Positions 37,325-45,523 of a stretch of 64,000 bases of DNA are shown in pieces (the stretch's first letter is position 1; every line of letters starts with the position of its first letter). The translations under genes were made by a program, and so were the position numbers. Location of the stretch: contig CAJCCO010000043.1 of NCBI GenBank assembly GCA_903960915.1, forward strand, positions 6,574 through 70,573, written 5' to 3'. This DNA comes from an uncultured beta proteobacterium. Lineage in GTDB: Bacteria; Pseudomonadota; Gammaproteobacteria; Burkholderiales; Burkholderiaceae_C. Below the pieces are notes generated by a model. It was given only the letters and a program-made list of their open reading frames with translations, was not told where the DNA came from and ran no database searches.

Positions 37325-39280
37325 TTATTTGGACCAGTAAATGTTGTCGACGTAAATCTTGGTGTTGGTGGCTGCGCCCTGCGTATTACCGGTCTTTTCG
37401 AAGCGGTCGGCGATCACAAAGGGGTTGGTCACCATGGTGAGGTCAAAGTACGACTTGGTCGGATCATAGTTTCCGTCCGCCCTGAATGCCATGGCGCCGT
37501 TTTTCTTCAATTCACTGATTGGAACTGAAACTTGATGCCAATTGCCATCACTGATGTAGCCATAGCCATCCGCATTGTTATTGCTGATTTTCATATAGAC
37601 ATCGTAGGCGGACGGGGTGAGGCCCTTACCAGTCAGGAACCCGACTTCAATCGGCCCGGGATAGGTGGTCATGATGCTGAAATTAAGCTTACCCGACTCG
37701 TAAGCACTGAGATCTGCGGTCACAGTGCCGTCGCCTGGCGCCACCACAATACCCCACCCCCAGGATACCGGCTGAGGTTTGATCACGATGCCGTGTGGAC
37801 TGTCGCCAGGTTCTCCTGTGACTGGCACGCCCGAGTCCTCTTCACCGCCAAAAGCCGTGGCCGGCGCGTCCCAGCCGAACCAGTTGGCGCCTGTGGCCAC
37901 GGCGGGCGAGGCGCCTGCGGGCACGGTGTCAGCGTAAACGGTGAAGCGGTTGCCTGTGACCACGGCATTCGTCACATCGGGCGCGTATACGGCATTGGCT
38001 TCGGTGTAGGTGCCGGCTTCATGGGTGTAGCCCTGCGCCTTCGGGTAGAGCGCCTGCACGACGTATCGAGCCTGGCGGTCTTTGTTGAACAGGCCCCACT
38101 TGTCGTCAGAGCCCTTCCACTGCTCGTCAAATGCTGCAAAGTAAAAGATGGACTTGGGGCCACCTTTGCCGGCCCGCGACTCGCTGGTCCAAGTGTTAAG
38201 GCGCTCTAAGTACATCTTCTGATTGACCGGATGGGCGCGGTTGCTCTCGCCGTTGGATGCCACGGCCTTCCAGCCGGTCTCTCCGATCACGATCGGCATG
38301 TTGGGAAAGCCCACACTGTCGAGGTGGGCGCGCACTGCCCCGTACTGCAGACGTGCAGCGGCAATCGATGCATCCATCATGGCAGTGGCTCGCAGAGGGC
38401 CTGCTTCTTCCCCAAACTGCTCCCAAACCCAAGTTGCTGGCGGATGAATGGTCTCTGCGAGCGGGTAGGTGTGCATGGCCACAAAGTCGATCACATCCAG
38501 CACGGCGCGCGGGTTCTTCTCCTTGGCGCCGGATTGTGCAAAAAACGCCCAGTTGTCGTCGGTGGTCACCGGCTGGGTCACTTGGCTGCGCACGCTCTTG
38601 ATGTAAGCAGCCATTTGCGACACTGACAGGGGGTTGAAAGACCAACTGACCATGGTCTCGTTACCGACGCTGAGGGCTACCACAATGTCGCTGTACTGCT
38701 TCGCCAGCGCGACACCGCGGGCAATTTCTGCCTTATTAAAGGCATCGTTACCACTGGCGATCCACACACCGAGCATCACCTTAATGTCCAGGTTGTTGTC
38801 GCGGATGATCCTCAGGATTTGTTTGCTCACTTTATCTGAGCTGTCGAAAAGCCTAATCAGGCGAAAATTGCCAGCAACCATCAAGTCCAAATCTTCCTTG
38901 ATATGCGCCGCAAAATTAGCACTGTCAGGTTCTTCTAGTGTCGGAGGCTCGCCGGTGGGAATGGCCACTTGGTTGTTTGATAAGGCCCTCAAAATATTGT
39001 TTGAATCATAGGCGCATTGACCTACGTAAACGTAAACTTTTGGTCTTATCTCGACTTTGCATTCAAGCGTACGGAAAGGCGCGTAGTTGACTGCGTTACG
39101 CGAGGCCACTTCTGCGCTGAGCGCGCGTGGCGAGGCGACCCCTGTTACCACGGAGCCACCTCCCCCGCAGGACGCAAGAACAAGCGCTGCTGACAGCGCC
39201 AGGGCTGCGCGCGCTAGTAGGTTGGATATTGGGAGAATTTGCAATAATTTCATGAGACTAACCTTTGCCATGGGCATCAA
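37325..39280 (-). CDS. GH17 beta-1,3-glucan hydrolase/transglycosylase lipoprotein with C-terminal CBM-like domain
   Basis: 651 aa with lipobox LVLASC|GGGG. GH17 catalytic motifs LSVGNETMVSW and VIGETGWKAV are present. The C-terminal ~190 aa beta-rich module ends IYVDNIYWSK. Confidence 0.8.
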   Translation of the reverse strand: MMPMAKVSLMKLLQILPISNLLARAALALSAALVLASCGGGGSVVTGVASPRALSAEVASRNAVNYAPFRTLECKVEIRPKVYVYVGQCAYDSNNILRALSNNQVAIPTGEPPTLEEPDSANFAAHIKEDLDLMVAGNFRLIRLFDSSDKVSKQILRIIRDNNLDIKVMLGVWIASGNDAFNKAEIARGVALAKQYSDIVVALSVGNETMVSWSFNPLSVSQMAAYIKSVRSQVTQPVTTDDNWAFFAQSGAKEKNPRAVLDVIDFVAMHTYPLAETIHPPATWVWEQFGEEAGPLRATAMMDASIAAARLQYGAVRAHLDSVGFPNMPIVIGETGWKAVASNGESNRAHPVNQKMYLERLNTWTSESRAGKGGPKSIFYFAAFDEQWKGSDDKWGLFNKDRQARYVVQALYPKAQGYTHEAGTYTEANAVYAPDVTNAVVTGNRFTVYADTVPAGASPAVATGANWFGWDAPATAFGGEEDSGVPVTGEPGDSPHGIVIKPQPVSWGWGIVVAPGDGTVTADLSAYESGKLNFSIMTTYPGPIEVGFLTGKGLTPSAYDVYMKISNNNADGYGYISDGNWHQVSVPISELKKNGAMAFRADGNYDPTKSYFDLTMVTNPFVIADRFEKTGNTQGAATNTKIYVDNIYWSK

Positions 39281-40626
39281 AACGAATACACCACGCCTAC
39301 TGTGAACCAGTTGCCTTGGTCGGTGACGCGCGAATCTATCTTGGTGAACGATTCGTTGTCTGGTGCTGACATGGGCGAGAGTCCCACCCGGCCGTAATGC
39401 ACCATGCCGGCTTGAACGTTGAATTGCACGCCCTGACCGTAGTCGTACTTCAGTCCGGCGGTGTTGATCAGGGCCGAGTTGCTCTGGCCGCGTTCGCTAG
39501 GGTTAGCGGTCTTGGCCTTGCCCAGGTAGACCATGCCGGTAGAGGCTGTCCATTGGCCCATGCGGTAAAGCACACCCAACATGAGGTCTGTGGAGCGCGC
39601 TGAATAGCCAGGGTTGCCAATGCCGCTGCGCACGCCGTCCCAGTCCACGTTGAACATCTCGTTCCAAGTATTGCCACCGGTCATAACGGCATTGGCACCA
39701 CTCCAGAAATTTCGCCGAATGCCACCCGACACCTCCCACTGGCTGGTGACCTGGTAGCGCGCCATCAGCATGGCTATGCCCTGGTCAGAGCCGGTGAGCT
39801 TGCTGTCGTCTTGCGCAAACGGTGTCAAGCCGGTGAATGGGCCATGCGACCAGGCCATGGGCGTGCCGTTTTTGCCGTGCTGCAGAGTGGCGTCCATCAC
39901 CAGGTCACCCTTGTGGAACTGGGTGTACAGCTCCATGAAGCTGGGTTTGTTGATCTTGAAAGCGGTATTGCCCTGGTCGTACGTGCCTTCCACCACCAAG
40001 TCGCCATCGGCCACATCAAACATGCGCGAGGTGTAGCGCACCGCGCCCGTCAACATGCCGTAGCCCGCGCCGCTGGAGCCCCAGGCGCTGGCTACCCCGA
40101 CGTTGGTGCCGTAGGGGTAATCGGCCACGCTCCAGCCGCGTGTGGTCATGGCGCCAATGCGCAGGCTGCCAAAATCTTCGTGGCTAACCGCCACATTTTT
40201 TTCGTACCAGAAGTCCTTCACGTCCACCTCGCCATCGCGCCAGCGTTGGCTCAGCAGGCCTGACAACTTGACGCCTTTGCCCAGGTCGTACTTGAAACCC
40301 AGGTAAGGTTGTATCTGGGAGAAGGCGCTGGTCTGCGTGTCGAACTTGGCCCCTTGAACCAACTCGTCGGCCCAGATGCGCTGCTTGTTCTCGGTGGGGA
40401 AGAGCTGGCAGTCCTTGCATTGGTTGCTGCCAGCGCCCACGGACACTTCGGCAAACCCGGTCAGGCTGAACATGCCATTGGGGCCGAAGTCCAGGGCCTG
40501 GCCTAGGCTGGGTAGGCCAGCCAGGCAAAGAGCTGCGTACAGCCGGCCCAGCCTCGCCCCCGAGCGGGGTGCCAAAGACAGGGCGGATGAAGTACGCTGG
40601 GAAAGAGGAGGAGGTTTACAAATCAT
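39277..40626 (-). CDS. Outer-membrane beta-barrel porin (candidate glucan-oligosaccharide channel)
   Basis: 449 aa with signal peptide ...LCLAGLPSLGQA|LDF. It is Gly/aromatic-rich with alternating strands and a C-terminal VGVVYSF. It has a 4-nt overlap with the GH17 gene and a LacI-type operator 18 nt upstream of its start. Confidence 0.7.
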   Translation of the reverse strand: MICKPPPLSQRTSSALSLAPRSGARLGRLYAALCLAGLPSLGQALDFGPNGMFSLTGFAEVSVGAGSNQCKDCQLFPTENKQRIWADELVQGAKFDTQTSAFSQIQPYLGFKYDLGKGVKLSGLLSQRWRDGEVDVKDFWYEKNVAVSHEDFGSLRIGAMTTRGWSVADYPYGTNVGVASAWGSSGAGYGMLTGAVRYTSRMFDVADGDLVVEGTYDQGNTAFKINKPSFMELYTQFHKGDLVMDATLQHGKNGTPMAWSHGPFTGLTPFAQDDSKLTGSDQGIAMLMARYQVTSQWEVSGGIRRNFWSGANAVMTGGNTWNEMFNVDWDGVRSGIGNPGYSARSTDLMLGVLYRMGQWTASTGMVYLGKAKTANPSERGQSNSALINTAGLKYDYGQGVQFNVQAGMVHYGRVGLSPMSAPDNESFTKIDSRVTDQGNWFTVGVVYSF

Positions 40627-40643
40627 GGATAGGCCTGAAATTT

Positions 40644-40657
40644 TGAAAGCGCTTTCA
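40644..40657. promoter_or_regulatory. LacI-type operator palindrome upstream of the porin-GH17 operon
   Basis: Perfect TGAAAGCGCTTTCA, 18 nt upstream of the porin start codon (40626, minus strand). Confidence 0.7.
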
Positions 40658-40797
40658 AGCTTAGAATTTTAGAGAGAATTTGCGCCAGGTGTCAATCAGA
40701 AGTCGTCCGTGTTTACCCTCGATAGGCTCAATTCAAGGTCACTCTTGGGCGTTTGCTTTGCCTGCCAATCAAGTTAGGGTAAACCATTCCTGCTTTT

Positions 40798-40811
40798 TGA
40801 AAGCGCTTTCA
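40798..40811. promoter_or_regulatory. LacI-type operator palindrome upstream of the GH81-GH16 operon
   Basis: Perfect TGAAAGCGCTTTCA, 47 nt upstream of the GH81 ATG (40858). Confidence 0.7.
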
Positions 40812-40857
40812 TTATGATGCCAGCCTTACCGTAAATAATATTTTTAAGAGCATCTTC

Positions 40858-43122
40858 ATGAAGTTAAACCCCGGCTGGCTTTTGTTTTTGGGTCTGGCCT
40901 GCACCCCCGGTTCCCCGCTCTACGCGCAGCCGGTAAAAGCGGGAGCGGGTAATTATTTTCAAGCCCCCAAGGGCGCAGACCGCGTGGTGCCCAAGGCCCC
41001 TTACCGCACCCCCGCCATGCTGGCCAAGGCAGCCCCCACCAACCAATGGTATTCAGCGTTGATTTTTAGCGCCGAGCCTGAAGTGCTGTTTGCGCACCCG
41101 CTCACCGTGCGTGCCACCAAGACCGGGCTGGAGTTGGCCCTGCCGAGCAAAGAGGTGGTGCCCACGGAACGCAAAGACGTTGAAATTCACTACCCGCACC
41201 GCGACCCGCTGCTGATTTCTTCTACCGCCATGGCGGCGGCTCAACCGCTGCTGGCCAAAGCCGGTGACTGGTCCATTGACATTGCGCTGGGTGGCGCGCA
41301 AGCGCCCTTGCTGGCTACCGTGGCGCATGGCAGTCCGTATGTGTATTTTCAGTTCAAGCAGGGCGACCTGAGGCTGCAGTTGCCGGCAACCGCGCAGCGT
41401 ATTGAGCAGGCCGATGCGCGGGTGTTGGCCTTGCGCGTCAAGAACAAGTCTTACGCCTTGTTTGGCCCCAGCGGTGTGCGCTGGGAGCAGGTGTCTGCTA
41501 CCGAGTGGCTGGGCCGTCTGCCCCCCGGTAAGGGGTATGTCTCGGTTGCTGCATTGCCTGACGAGCAGCCGGCCACACTGGCCTTGCTGGCACGCCATGC
41601 CTACGCCTATTTGCAAGACACCCGGGTAGATTGGCGGGTGGACAGTGAGAGCAGCGAAGTGGAGACCACGTTCAAAGCCAGCACCCAGGTTATGGAAGGT
41701 GAAGATGCAGGCCCGCTCTTGGGCCTTTACCCGCACCACTGGAACGGCAATGCCCAGGTACAGCCTAAATTAGGCCCCGCCTTTGACACCTTGCGCGGCG
41801 CCATTCGGCTACTGGCTGCGCCTGAGTTCAAAACGCGCACCGCTTACAACGGCTTTGTGCCGTATTGGCCTGGGGTGAAAGCATCGCCACGCCAAGATGA
41901 ACTCAAAACCCTCATGACTGCCGACAAGCGCAACGCGCGCCGAATGATGTTGGAGTTGGGCAACGGGCCGTACTGGCAAGGAAAAGGCTTGCAGCGCATC
42001 ACCAAGTTGATGGACGTGGTGGAGCAGCAAGGCGACCTGGAAGGGCGCGACCAGTTGCTCAAAACGCTCAAGACCCGCATCGAATCCTGGTTCTCGGGGG
42101 ACAGCAGCAAAACCTATTTTCACTACGACAAACAGCTCGGCACGGTGGTGGCGTATCCAGAAGAATATTTCAGCATTGAGCAGATGAACGACCACCACTT
42201 TCACTACGGCTACTGGATTCGTGCCATGGCCGATATCGCCCTGCGTGACCCCCAGTGGGCCGCCCAAGACAAGTGGGGCGGTATGGTTGATTTGCTGGTG
42301 GCAGATATTGCCACGGGCAAACGTGGCGGCGCAGACTTTCCCTTTGTGCGTAACTTTGACCCCTATGAAGGCCACTCCTGGGCCTCGGGTGTGGGCTTGG
42401 GCGCATTCGGCAACAACCAGGAATCCTCCTCGGAGGCCATCAATGCCTGGGCAGGCTTGATCATGTGGGGCGAGATCACCGGTAACCGCCAGTTGCGCGA
42501 CCTTGGCATGTACCTCTACACCAGCGAGATTGAGGCCATCAACTACTACTGGTTCGATATTCATGGCAAGGTTTTCCCGCCCGAGTACAAACATGTAGAA
42601 ACCAGCATGCTGTTTGGCGGCAAGTACGCCCACAACACCTGGTGGACCGACGAGCCACGGCAAATCAAGGGCATCAACTTATTGCCCATCACCACCTCAT
42701 CCACCTACCTGGGGGCTAACCCCCAGTTTGTGCAGCGCAGCCTAAACACACTCAAGCCCGATACCGCCATCTTCAACGGCCGGGGCAAGTACGCCGAGCC
42801 TAAAGACATTTGGCAAGACATCTTCGCCAAGTACCTGGGCCTGGCCGACCCGGTGCAAGCGCTGAACCAGTGGGACCGCTGGGGCTCGGTGGAGCTGGGC
42901 GACACCCGCTCACACGCCTTGCACTGGTTGCTGAACCTGCAAGACATGGGCCCACCAGACCTGAGCACGCGTGCCAACACCACTTTTTACAGCGTCTTCA
43001 AGCGGGCTGATGGCCGCAAAACTTACCTGGCTTACAACGCGGGAAAGACGCCCTTGCTGGTCAAGTTTTCAGACGGCAAGGAAATGAAGGTTGAACCCGG
43101 CACGCTGGGTCAAGCGCAGTAA
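40858..43122 (+). CDS. GH81 endo-beta-1,3-glucanase (secreted)
   Basis: 754 aa with signal peptide MKLNPGWLLFLGLACTPGSPLYA|QP. GH81 hallmark blocks are MNDHHFHYGYWIRAMADIA, RNFDPYEGHSWASG and ESSSEAINAWAG. Confidence 0.85.
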   Translation: MKLNPGWLLFLGLACTPGSPLYAQPVKAGAGNYFQAPKGADRVVPKAPYRTPAMLAKAAPTNQWYSALIFSAEPEVLFAHPLTVRATKTGLELALPSKEVVPTERKDVEIHYPHRDPLLISSTAMAAAQPLLAKAGDWSIDIALGGAQAPLLATVAHGSPYVYFQFKQGDLRLQLPATAQRIEQADARVLALRVKNKSYALFGPSGVRWEQVSATEWLGRLPPGKGYVSVAALPDEQPATLALLARHAYAYLQDTRVDWRVDSESSEVETTFKASTQVMEGEDAGPLLGLYPHHWNGNAQVQPKLGPAFDTLRGAIRLLAAPEFKTRTAYNGFVPYWPGVKASPRQDELKTLMTADKRNARRMMLELGNGPYWQGKGLQRITKLMDVVEQQGDLEGRDQLLKTLKTRIESWFSGDSSKTYFHYDKQLGTVVAYPEEYFSIEQMNDHHFHYGYWIRAMADIALRDPQWAAQDKWGGMVDLLVADIATGKRGGADFPFVRNFDPYEGHSWASGVGLGAFGNNQESSSEAINAWAGLIMWGEITGNRQLRDLGMYLYTSEIEAINYYWFDIHGKVFPPEYKHVETSMLFGGKYAHNTWWTDEPRQIKGINLLPITTSSTYLGANPQFVQRSLNTLKPDTAIFNGRGKYAEPKDIWQDIFAKYLGLADPVQALNQWDRWGSVELGDTRSHALHWLLNLQDMGPPDLSTRANTTFYSVFKRADGRKTYLAYNAGKTPLLVKFSDGKEMKVEPGTLGQAQ

Positions 43123-43146
43123 TTCACAAGCCAACCAACTGAGTCA

Positions 43147-45330
43147 ATGATGTCATTTTTTCTTTTCCCGCTGGGGTCCAAGTGGCGTCTGGCTCACGCC
43201 TTTGCACTCGTTTGCCTTGCACTGTCGGCATGCGGTGGGGGTGAAAAGGTCGCAGACAGCGTAGCGCCCACATTGGTCGTATCCGACGCATCGCCTGGGG
43301 CAAGTGCAACAGGGGCATGGACCGTGTTGTTTGCTTTTAGCGAAAGTGTGGGAACGAGCTTTAGCGCGGAGGATATCGCCCTCACCGGGAGTATCGCGGT
43401 AGGGGCGTTGGAAAAAATTGATGAAAAAAACTACAGCCTGCGGCTAACACCAGACGCCAACAGCAGTGGTGTACTGACCCTGAGCGTGGCCGCCAATAAG
43501 TTCAGCGACGTGGCGCTCAACAACAACGCACAAGCCAGTAGTTACAGTAAAAATTACAACACCCAAACCGTCACTTCGGACTGGGTAATGGACTGGAGTG
43601 AAGAGTTCAATGGAACGCAGCTCAACACCAACGTCTGGAGTTTTGATACCGGTTCAGGTGGCTGGGGAAACAATGAATCACAGTACTACCAAGCCAGCAA
43701 CGCCACCGTGAAAGATGGATTTCTAACGATCACGGCCAAGCAAGAGCGGGTTGGAGACGCCGATTACACCTCGACGCGTATCCAGTCCTCGCGCAAAAAA
43801 AGTTTTACCTATGGGCGCTTTGAAATGCGCGCCAAGTTACCCGCCACCCAAGGTATGTGGCCTGCGTTTTGGTTGCTGGGCGATGCCTGTAACTCGTTTA
43901 ATTTGTATGGTGGCACGGTCAACTGGCCCGACTGTGGCGAAATTGACATCATGGAAATGATTGGCGGCCTAACCGACCGAACCGGCGACTACACATCCTA
44001 CGGCACCTTGCATTACCGCAATGCCTTGAACTTCAACCCGGCCCCGTCTTTCTCGAACAGAAATGCCAAGCCACTGTCTGAAGATTTTCATGTCTACACC
44101 ATGGACTGGACGCCCCAAGGCTTTACCTGGTATGTCGATGGCATCGCCTTCGGTACCAAATTGATCAGCGCTGACATGGCGGCTTTTCACAAACCCTATT
44201 TCATGCTGCTGAATCTGGCCGTAGGGGGTAATTGGGGTGGTTGGGTTGACAGCTCCACGCGCTTCCCTCAGACCTTCGTGATTGACTATGTACGCCACTA
44301 CACCCGCCCTTGGCCGGCCAAGAACAGCACGGCTGGTTTACCTTCAAGCTGGCACCTGGCCAGCGACCCCCACCTGAACGTGGCGGGCGGCACGCAAACG
44401 GGTGCGCAGCCGGTGGTCTCGCTGGGTGAGACAGCCATTTCTTGGTACAGCCCATTTCTCACCGGCAGCTACGATGCGGGGGCCTGGACCGCCAGCATCT
44501 GGACCCTGGCCAGTTCAGGCAGTTCACCTGTTCGCGCCCGCATTTACAGGCGATCGGCCACGACCGGGTTCGAGTCGATGCTTGGAGAAACCACCGTAGA
44601 CCCAGCCACCACGGGCAGCGGCAACCATGTCACTCGCTTCACGTTCAAGGCCATGCCAGCTATGGTGCTGAGCAACGAAAGTATTCGCCTTGAATTAAGC
44701 AAGCTCAGCGGCCCCATCTTGAAACTGGTTGTCAACGGCAATGATTTCGACTCCAACCTGACCATGCCCTGGAGTACGGCGGGCACTTACGGCGCTTACC
44801 CCTCGGCTGCATCGTTGGCATTTCCCGCCGCCACTGCATCAACAAATGCCGGCAACACCAGCACCGCCGCTGCAACCTTGGGCGTCTACGCTGATACCGC
44901 CCTGCTGTCGAGTTGGCCTGGTTTGAAAGCTCCAGACGCCTACGCCAGAGGACAGGTTCAAGACACCCTGCTCCTGCCTTTTGAAGGCAGCCACAGCCTC
45001 AGTGTTAACTTGAACTTTGATGGCAGTGGCTGGCAGTTTGTGGGTGAGCCCCTGGACATTACCCCCTACGCCAAGCTGCGTTTCATGATCAAGACCAGCT
45101 CAGCCCCTCAGTACGTGCGCGTGCGCCTGGCCGGCACGGGGCAGGTGGGCAGCGTGCCCTTGTCGGCTTACCTGGCTTCTACGTCTGAATGGCAAGAGAT
45201 TGTGATCCCCCTGTCGGCCTTTGGCACAGCTGCGCTGGGCGCTGTTTCGGTGCCTTTCAGTCTTGAATCAGTGGGCGGTGCTGCCAGCTTTAGCGCCCAG
45301 GTGGACAAGGTTTACTACTCGAAAAATTGA
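43147..45330 (+). CDS. GH16 laminarinase-type beta-1,3(4)-glucanase lipoprotein (Ig-like stalk + GH16 + extra domain + CBM-like C-terminus)
   Basis: 727 aa with lipobox LALSAC|GGG. An N-terminal Ig-like module carries FSESVGTSFSAEDIALTG. GH16 motifs are GWGNNESQYY, GMWPAFWLLG and catalytic GEIDIMEM. Confidence 0.85.
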   Translation: MMSFFLFPLGSKWRLAHAFALVCLALSACGGGEKVADSVAPTLVVSDASPGASATGAWTVLFAFSESVGTSFSAEDIALTGSIAVGALEKIDEKNYSLRLTPDANSSGVLTLSVAANKFSDVALNNNAQASSYSKNYNTQTVTSDWVMDWSEEFNGTQLNTNVWSFDTGSGGWGNNESQYYQASNATVKDGFLTITAKQERVGDADYTSTRIQSSRKKSFTYGRFEMRAKLPATQGMWPAFWLLGDACNSFNLYGGTVNWPDCGEIDIMEMIGGLTDRTGDYTSYGTLHYRNALNFNPAPSFSNRNAKPLSEDFHVYTMDWTPQGFTWYVDGIAFGTKLISADMAAFHKPYFMLLNLAVGGNWGGWVDSSTRFPQTFVIDYVRHYTRPWPAKNSTAGLPSSWHLASDPHLNVAGGTQTGAQPVVSLGETAISWYSPFLTGSYDAGAWTASIWTLASSGSSPVRARIYRRSATTGFESMLGETTVDPATTGSGNHVTRFTFKAMPAMVLSNESIRLELSKLSGPILKLVVNGNDFDSNLTMPWSTAGTYGAYPSAASLAFPAATASTNAGNTSTAAATLGVYADTALLSSWPGLKAPDAYARGQVQDTLLLPFEGSHSLSVNLNFDGSGWQFVGEPLDITPYAKLRFMIKTSSAPQYVRVRLAGTGQVGSVPLSAYLASTSEWQEIVIPLSAFGTAALGAVSVPFSLESVGGAASFSAQVDKVYYSKN

Positions 45331-45448
45331 AGGCCTGTTGAAGCTCTGTTGAAGGCAGGGCCCCTCTAGGTACAAGCCCTAGTGGGCAACCTAGGGAAAG
45401 CCCTAGTTCTTCGGCATTGTTTTAATCACCCTGCTGCCGTACTATTCA

Positions 45449-45476
45449 TGAAAGCGCTTTCATGAATGCGCTTTCA
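45449..45476. promoter_or_regulatory. Tandem LacI-type operators upstream of the glycan-binding lipoprotein gene
   Basis: Perfect TGAAAGCGCTTTCA (45449-45462) is directly followed by the imperfect copy TGAATGCGCTTTCA (45463-45476). They lie 48 nt upstream of the ATG at 45524. Confidence 0.7.
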
Positions 45477-45523
45477 TTTCGAAGTTCTGAGATCAATCAT
45501 CATTACCAGCCAGGAGTTAACCC

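Noticed and set aside
40858-40935. Possible lipobox (LGLAC) in the GH81 signal peptide
   Set aside because: Positions -3 to -1 (G-L-A) do not fit the L-[AST]-[GA]-C consensus. A good signal peptidase I site (LYA|QP) follows. The protein is treated as a soluble secreted or periplasmic protein, not a lipoprotein.
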